Origin: a virus
Lineage: Duplodnaviria; Heunggongvirae; Uroviricota; Caudoviricetes
Length of the DNA: 36,253 bases
Strand: one strand, 5' to 3'
Virus record (IMG/VR): IMGVR_UViG_2706794674_000008
The notes under the pieces were generated by a model. The model ran no database searches and was not told where the DNA came from. It saw only the letters and a program-made list of their open reading frames with translations. This document shows positions 32,601 to 36,253 of this stretch, in pieces; position 1 is the first letter of the stretch; each line of letters starts with the position of its first letter. The position numbers and the translations under genes are program-made.

Positions 32601-33017
32601 GATTACGGCACTAAATCCACGAATAACACTGGTGCGCATACCCATAGTTTAAGTGGCAGCACGAATGCAGCTGGTAATCACAGCCATAGAGATGGCCGTC
32701 GATTTAACCCCAGTGTTTTTAAAGATACTTATCAATATGGTTATACAAGCTCAGGTCAAAATACCTGGGGTGTACAAGGCTCAGTAGGTATGTCTACGGG
32801 GTGGTTAGCTAATACCAGTACAGATGGTAATCATAGCCACTCACTGTCCGGCACAGCAGCATCTGCAGGTGCACACGCGCATACTGTCGGTATTGGTGCT
32901 CATACGCACTCCGTTGCGATTGGTTCACATGGACACACCATCACCGTTAACGCTGCTGGTAACGCGGAAAACACCGTCAAAAACATCGCATTTAACTATA
33001 TTGTGAGGCTTGCATAA
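29619..33017 (+). CDS. stf: Side tail fibre protein (Stf/StfR-like), about 1132 aa
   Basis: [26 protein letters not shown]... N-terminus as in lambda Stf; long Ala/Ser/Thr-rich repeat region; C-terminal His-x-His repeats ([53 protein letters not shown]). Confidence 0.9.
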   Translation: MAVKISGVLKDGTGKPVQNCTIQLKAKRNSTTVVVNTLASENPDEAGRYSMDVEYGQYSVILLVEGFPPSHAGTITVYEDSRPGTLNDFLGAMTEDDARPEALRRFELMVEEVARNASAVAQNTAAAKKSASDASTSAREAATHATDAAGSARAASTSAGQAASSAQSASSSAGTASAKATEASKSAAAAESSKSAAATSAGAAKTSETNAAASQQSAATSASTATTKASEAATSARDALASKEAAKSSETSAASSASSAASSATAAGNSAKAAKTSETNAKASETAAEQSASAAAGSKTAAASSASAASTSAGQASASASAAGKSAESAASSASTATTKAGEATEQASAAARSASAAKTSETNAKASETSAESSKTAAASSASSAASSASSASASKDEATRQASAAKGSATTASTKATEAAGSATAAAQSKSTAESAATRAETAAKRAEDIASAVALEDASTTKKGIVQLSSATNSTSETLAATPKAVKSAYDNAEKRLQKDQNGADIPDKGRFLNNINAVSKTDFADKRGMRYVRVNAPAGAISGKYYPVVVMRSAGSVSELASRVIITTATRTAGDPMNNCEFNGFVMPGGWTDRGRYAYGMFWQYQNNERAIHSIMMSNKGDDLRSVFYVDGAAFPVFAFLEDGLSISAPGADLVVNDTTYKFGATNPATECIAADVILDFKSGRGFYESHSLIVNDNLSCKKLFATDEIVARGGNQIRMIGGEYGALWRNDGAKTYLLLTNQGDVYGGWNTLRPFAIDNATGELVIGTKLSASLNGNALTATKLQTPRLVSGVEFDGSKDITLTAAHVAAFARRATDTYADADGGVPWNAESGAYNVTRSGDSYILVNFYTGVGSCRTLQMKAHYRNGGLFYRSSRDGYGFEEGWAEVYTSKNLPPESYPVGAPIPWPSDTVPSGYALMQGQTFDKSAYPKLATAYPSGVIPDMRGWTIKGKPASGRAVLSQEQDGIKSHTHSASASSTDLGTKTTSSFDYGTKSTNNTGAHTHSLSGSTNAAGNHSHRDGRRFNPSVFKDTYQYGYTSSGQNTWGVQGSVGMSTGWLANTSTDGNHSHSLSGTAASAGAHAHTVGIGAHTHSVAIGSHGHTITVNAAGNAENTVKNIAFNYIVRLA
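29960..31010 (+). repeat. Low-complexity Ala/Ser/Thr-rich coding repeats inside stf, with three near-identical AAKTSETNA(A/K)AS units
   Basis: Repeated KTSETNA-containing blocks in translation; source of multiple spurious ORFs in other frames/strand. Confidence 0.7.
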
Positions 33018-33592
33018 TGGCATTCAGAATGAGTGAACAACCACGGACCATAAAAATTTATAATCTGCTGGCCGGAACTAATGAATTTATTGGTGAAGGT
33101 GACGCATACATTCCGCCTCATACAGGTCTGCCAGCAAACAGTACCGATATTGCACCGCCAGATATTCCGGCTGGCTTCGTGGCTGTTTTCAACAGTGATG
33201 ATGCATCGTGGCATCTTGTTGAAGACCATCGGGGTAAAACAGTTTATGACGTGGCATCAGGGGACGCGTTATTTATTTCTGAACTCGGTCCGTTACCGGA
33301 AAATGTTACCTGGTTATCGCCGGAAGGGGAATATCAGAAGTGGAACGGCACAGCCTGGGTGAAAGATGCAGAAGCAGAAAAACTATTCCGGATCCGGGAG
33401 GCGGAAGAAACAAAAAACAGCCTGATGCAGGTAGCCAGTGAGCATATTGCGCCGCTTCAGGATGCGGTAGATCTTGAGATCGCAACGGAGGAAGAGAAAT
33501 CGTTACTGGCCGCATGGAAGACATATCGGGTGTTGTTGAATCGTGTTGATACATCACTATCTCCAGATATCGAGTGGCCAAGTCAACCATAA
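33017..33592 (+). CDS. tfa: Tail fibre assembly chaperone (Tfa-like), 191 aa
   Basis: TAATG overlap with stf stop; [48 protein letters not shown]... typical of lambda Tfa. Confidence 0.85.
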   Translation: MAFRMSEQPRTIKIYNLLAGTNEFIGEGDAYIPPHTGLPANSTDIAPPDIPAGFVAVFNSDDASWHLVEDHRGKTVYDVASGDALFISELGPLPENVTWLSPEGEYQKWNGTAWVKDAEAEKLFRIREAEETKNSLMQVASEHIAPLQDAVDLEIATEEEKSLLAAWKTYRVLLNRVDTSLSPDIEWPSQP

Positions 33593-33598
33593 ATCAAT

Positions 33599-33619
33599 AT
33601 CCCCTGCAATGCAGGGGAT
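33599..33619. terminator. Hairpin between convergent tfa and sopB (possible bidirectional terminator)
   Basis: atcccctgc-aat-gcaggggat, perfect 9-bp stem. Confidence 0.45.
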
Positions 33620-33624
33620 AATTC

Positions 33625-34590
33625 TTAATTATCAGTAGATTGTTCCTCTAGTAACAACTCAATTTTGCTTAGTATTTCTTTAGATATTTTGCGGCTATCA
33701 ATTTTTATAGTTACAAAATTCCCTTTATATCTAGCCGTGATCCCTTCCCCATATTTTTTCTCGTCTTTTGTTTTTTCCTCGTCGCCAACCAGAACAGAGT
33801 CAGATAATATTTGTATAATCCGTGAAGCTTCTAAATCCTCGCCGTTTTTTTTTATTGTCAGAAGATGATGAGCAGCATTGCTCATGGCAGCCATGTTTTT
33901 TTTGTAAATCTTAAACAAAGAATCTCCAGCACGAGCTGACAGTTCTCCTGGATGATTGAAGATAGCTAATATATCTTTTGGTAGACCAGCTGTATTAATA
34001 CAGCGAGTGATAATATTTCTATCTATATTTTCAGCCTCGGCCAATGCTTTAACGTTACCATCAAAGTCATTTAGCTTGCGTAAGTATCTCTTTCCTCTTT
34101 CGTATGCACTAATAGGCCTATAATCGTTACCAATTTGGGATAACCAATGCATCTGTTCATCGTCGAGATCACCAATTAAGACGCGATAGTCACATCCTGT
34201 TAATATCGCTGCTTTTCTTCTACGTGAGCCGTCAGCGACTTCAACGATTCCAGATACTTTTCTGGCGAAAGCTGGATTTTGTTGTCCAGACGTTAGAAAA
34301 GATGGGATTAAATCGGCTAGAGAGGATTCATTTAATAAATCTTGATCGCGTTCATTACCTAGCCATACCATTGTTGCCATTTCAACTTTATCTGCGGGAA
34401 TTGTCTCTAACTTAAAGTTAACATTACGTCCGCATACTGGCAAAGTTATGCTGTTACCGGTTAATGAACTCAGTTGACGTTTTAAATCACCAACCATAGG
34501 TGATACGGGCTGATGTTCAGGGGCATGATGATTATTACTCATAATGCGATTAATATCTGGAGCATTTTTTAGAAGAGAGCGCTGTTTCAT
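33625..34590 (-). CDS. sopB: Plasmid partition protein SopB (ParB-type CBP), 321 aa
   Basis: ...ITLPVCGRNVNF...WLGNERDQDLL...LIPSFLTSGQQNPAFARKVSGIVEVADGSRRRKAAILT...NDYRPISAYERG... closely parallels F-plasmid SopB from memory. Confidence 0.85.
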   Translation of the reverse strand: MKQRSLLKNAPDINRIMSNNHHAPEHQPVSPMVGDLKRQLSSLTGNSITLPVCGRNVNFKLETIPADKVEMATMVWLGNERDQDLLNESSLADLIPSFLTSGQQNPAFARKVSGIVEVADGSRRRKAAILTGCDYRVLIGDLDDEQMHWLSQIGNDYRPISAYERGKRYLRKLNDFDGNVKALAEAENIDRNIITRCINTAGLPKDILAIFNHPGELSARAGDSLFKIYKKNMAAMSNAAHHLLTIKKNGEDLEASRIIQILSDSVLVGDEEKTKDEKKYGEGITARYKGNFVTIKIDSRKISKEILSKIELLLEEQSTDN

Positions 34591-35756
34591 TATTCGTTCT
34601 CCCAGCGAGGTTTTATTAGATCATCAAAAATTTCTCTGCAAACAGGGTCCCATATAGAAACAGCATTTCTCCATGCATTCAATGTTGAACGTTGGTTTGC
34701 TGCTTGTTCAAATACTGTTCTCATTTTTATCTGGCCTTTACCTACTTCATCGGTAACGCGTACAACCTGACGTAATACCATTGATCCCCATGTATTTCTT
34801 ATTTGTTCTTCCATCCATCGTGATTGATTCCCTGTAGTGAGACTATATTTAGTCAGAAGTAAGCGAACGGTTGGCTCAAATCCACCTAGGTCAACGCTTT
34901 CCAATAGATCGAGAAGCATTGTGAAAAACTGTAGAACAGAAGCGTAATCAAATAATTCTGCAGGTGTAGCAACAACAATAACGTCAGCGGCACAAACAAC
35001 GTTAATGGTTCCTGTACCGAGGTTCGGAGCACTATCTATAACGATAACATCGTAGTTATCCCAAACTGATTCAATAGCTGCGCGCAGCATAAGGTGTGGA
35101 GGATGAGGCAATTTACCCTGAGCATGATATTGCATGAGATCTGTTTCTATACGATGTAAAGCTAGGCAGCTAGGGATAATGTCTAGCCCAGGCCAACATG
35201 TTGGCTTTATAGCATATTCAGCGTTATCGCGTTCTCCTAAGTAAAATGGCAGTAAAGTATCCTCGGCATGGATATGTAAATCAGGAACATAACCGTGATA
35301 CATAGAGGCTGTACCTTGAGGATCGTTACCTTCAACCAAAAGAACACGATGACCTTGTAATGCTAACCATTGAGCTTGATGTACCGCAGACGATGTTTTA
35401 TAAACGCCGCCTTTGTGTGACATAACGGCAAGAACAACAGGGTTTTTATCTTGTGGTCGTTGGTTTGGGTTGCCAAAAACTGCTCGCATACTGTTGATTT
35501 GATCTATGGTATAACCAGCACGACGTTCAATTCTTCCTCTCATTTCAAAGTCAGGTGCAGGTAAACGCCCGCTCTTCTCAGCATCTCTAATTGCTTGAGG
35601 AGTTACACCAATTAAATCTGCTACTTCAGTAATACCCCATCGGCGGGTGATACGCCGAGCTTCAGGACTATCATCACCGAATTGAGCGATAGCAATTGCT
35701 TGGGTCATTTCTTGACCTCTCGTAACACAATCTTGCAATAGCTTTTTCAAAGACAT
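34590..35756 (-). CDS. sopA: Plasmid partition ATPase SopA (ParA-type, Walker-type), 388 aa
   Basis: Same length as F SopA; deviant Walker A box in SHKGGVYKTSSAV, IDSAPNLG, NDPQGTASMYHG; RBS GGAGA before ATG. Confidence 0.9.
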   Translation of the reverse strand: MSLKKLLQDCVTRGQEMTQAIAIAQFGDDSPEARRITRRWGITEVADLIGVTPQAIRDAEKSGRLPAPDFEMRGRIERRAGYTIDQINSMRAVFGNPNQRPQDKNPVVLAVMSHKGGVYKTSSAVHQAQWLALQGHRVLLVEGNDPQGTASMYHGYVPDLHIHAEDTLLPFYLGERDNAEYAIKPTCWPGLDIIPSCLALHRIETDLMQYHAQGKLPHPPHLMLRAAIESVWDNYDVIVIDSAPNLGTGTINVVCAADVIVVATPAELFDYASVLQFFTMLLDLLESVDLGGFEPTVRLLLTKYSLTTGNQSRWMEEQIRNTWGSMVLRQVVRVTDEVGKGQIKMRTVFEQAANQRSTLNAWRNAVSIWDPVCREIFDDLIKPRWENE

Positions 35757-35764
35757 ACTGTCAT

Positions 35765-35858
35765 CTCCAGCTTGTAACTTTGCTTAATAATTAAATCTTT
35801 GCTTATTTCTAGCAAATTTGCATGAAAAAGGCAAAGCAAAAAGAAAAACGCAAAGGAG
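35765..35858 (-). promoter_or_regulatory. sopA promoter-operator with four CTTTGC/GCAAAG hexamers
   Basis: CTTTGC at 35768-35773 and 35787-35792, GCAAAG at 35831-35836 and 35850-35855, immediately upstream of sopA; F SopA is reported to bind CTTTGC repeats in its operator. Confidence 0.5.
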
Positions 35859-36043
35859 AATTTTTAAGCTAAATCATCTTTTGTTCCCCTCCCGAAATGC
35901 ATAAAACGAACAACAACATAATCATAAGTAATTGATATTTATTATATTTTTTGAAGAAAGGAAATCATGTAAAACTAGGGAAACATGATAAGAATCATCA
36001 ATGAGATACGTTTTCTCTATTAGTTCTCCCAACCTTACCAATA

Positions 36044-36175
36044 CAAGAACACAAATAAAGAACACAAAAACTAAGTAATGATGCAAACATAATAAAGAAC
36101 ACAAATAAAGAATTAAAGCTAAATGTTAAATAAAGCAGTACACAAAATGAGAATATTACACTAAATAAGAACACT
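36044..36175. repeat. AT-rich direct repeats of AAGAACA(C) motif (two identical 16-mers aagaacacaaataaag) leading into the terminal palindrome
   Basis: 16-mer at 36045-36060 and 36095-36110; further AAGAACA copies at 36167 and inside palindrome arm (36179). Confidence 0.45.
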
Positions 36176-36253
36176 AATCAAGAACATAACGAAACATAAT
36201 TCCCCATTATACGCGCGTATAATGGGGAATTATGTTTCGTTATGTTCTTGATT
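36176..36253. repeat. Perfect 78-bp palindrome (2 x 39 bp) with alternating-CG centre; candidate protelomerase target site (telRL/tos-like)
   Basis: aatcaagaacataacgaaacataattccccattatacgc|gcgtataatggggaattatgtttcgttatgttcttgatt; the central CCATTATACGCGCGTATAATGG matches the phage N15 telO core as I recall it; palindrome runs to the last base of the window. Confidence 0.7.

Noticed and set aside
35922-36104. 60-aa minus-strand ORF in the repeat region near the palindrome
   Set aside because: Sits in AT-rich direct repeats; translation is low complexity; no RBS.
36044-36253. Possible CRISPR array
   Set aside because: Repeats are short (7-16 nt), AT-rich and irregularly spaced, with no repeat-spacer periodicity; the terminal element is a single palindrome, not an array.

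Overview
This 36.3 kb window reads as one continuous stretch of a temperate siphovirus genome, mostly on the + strand, and looks like an N15-type telomere phage (linear plasmid-prophage). All calls are made by eye from the sequence and the ORF track; protein similarities are from memory of lambda, phage 21, E. coli TolA/TrkG and F SopA/SopB, not from searches. Gene order: nin-region genes and a partial Q-like gene (5' end hidden in an N-run), a bidirectional terminator, two tandem TolA-domain-III-like lipoprotein genes, a lysis cassette (phage-21-type pinholin with dual start, SAR endolysin, lambda-like Rz with embedded Rz1), a low-GC trkG potassium-transporter moron, a ParB-like nuclease-domain gene and a DxD-motif gene, then terminase small and large subunits, portal, head morphogenesis, scaffold and major capsid genes, head-tail joining genes, major tail protein, G/T chaperones with an A_AAA_AAG -1 frameshift site, tape measure, and a lambda-like tail tip block (M, L, K, I, J), lom, a long stf side tail fibre and tfa. 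After tfa, on the opposite strand, sit F/N15-type sopB and sopA with CTTTGC operator repeats, and the window ends on a perfect 78-bp palindrome whose core (CCATTATACGCGCGTATAATGG) matches the N15 protelomerase target telRL as I recall it. The most interesting candidates are the telomere site with its flanking AAGAACA repeats, the TolA-III lipoprotein pair in the Q-to-lysis slot, and the ParB-nuclease/DxD gene pair ahead of the terminase. Two N-runs (1396-1663, 25360-25612) hide sequence, including the start of J. No rRNA, tRNA or CRISPR array was recognised.
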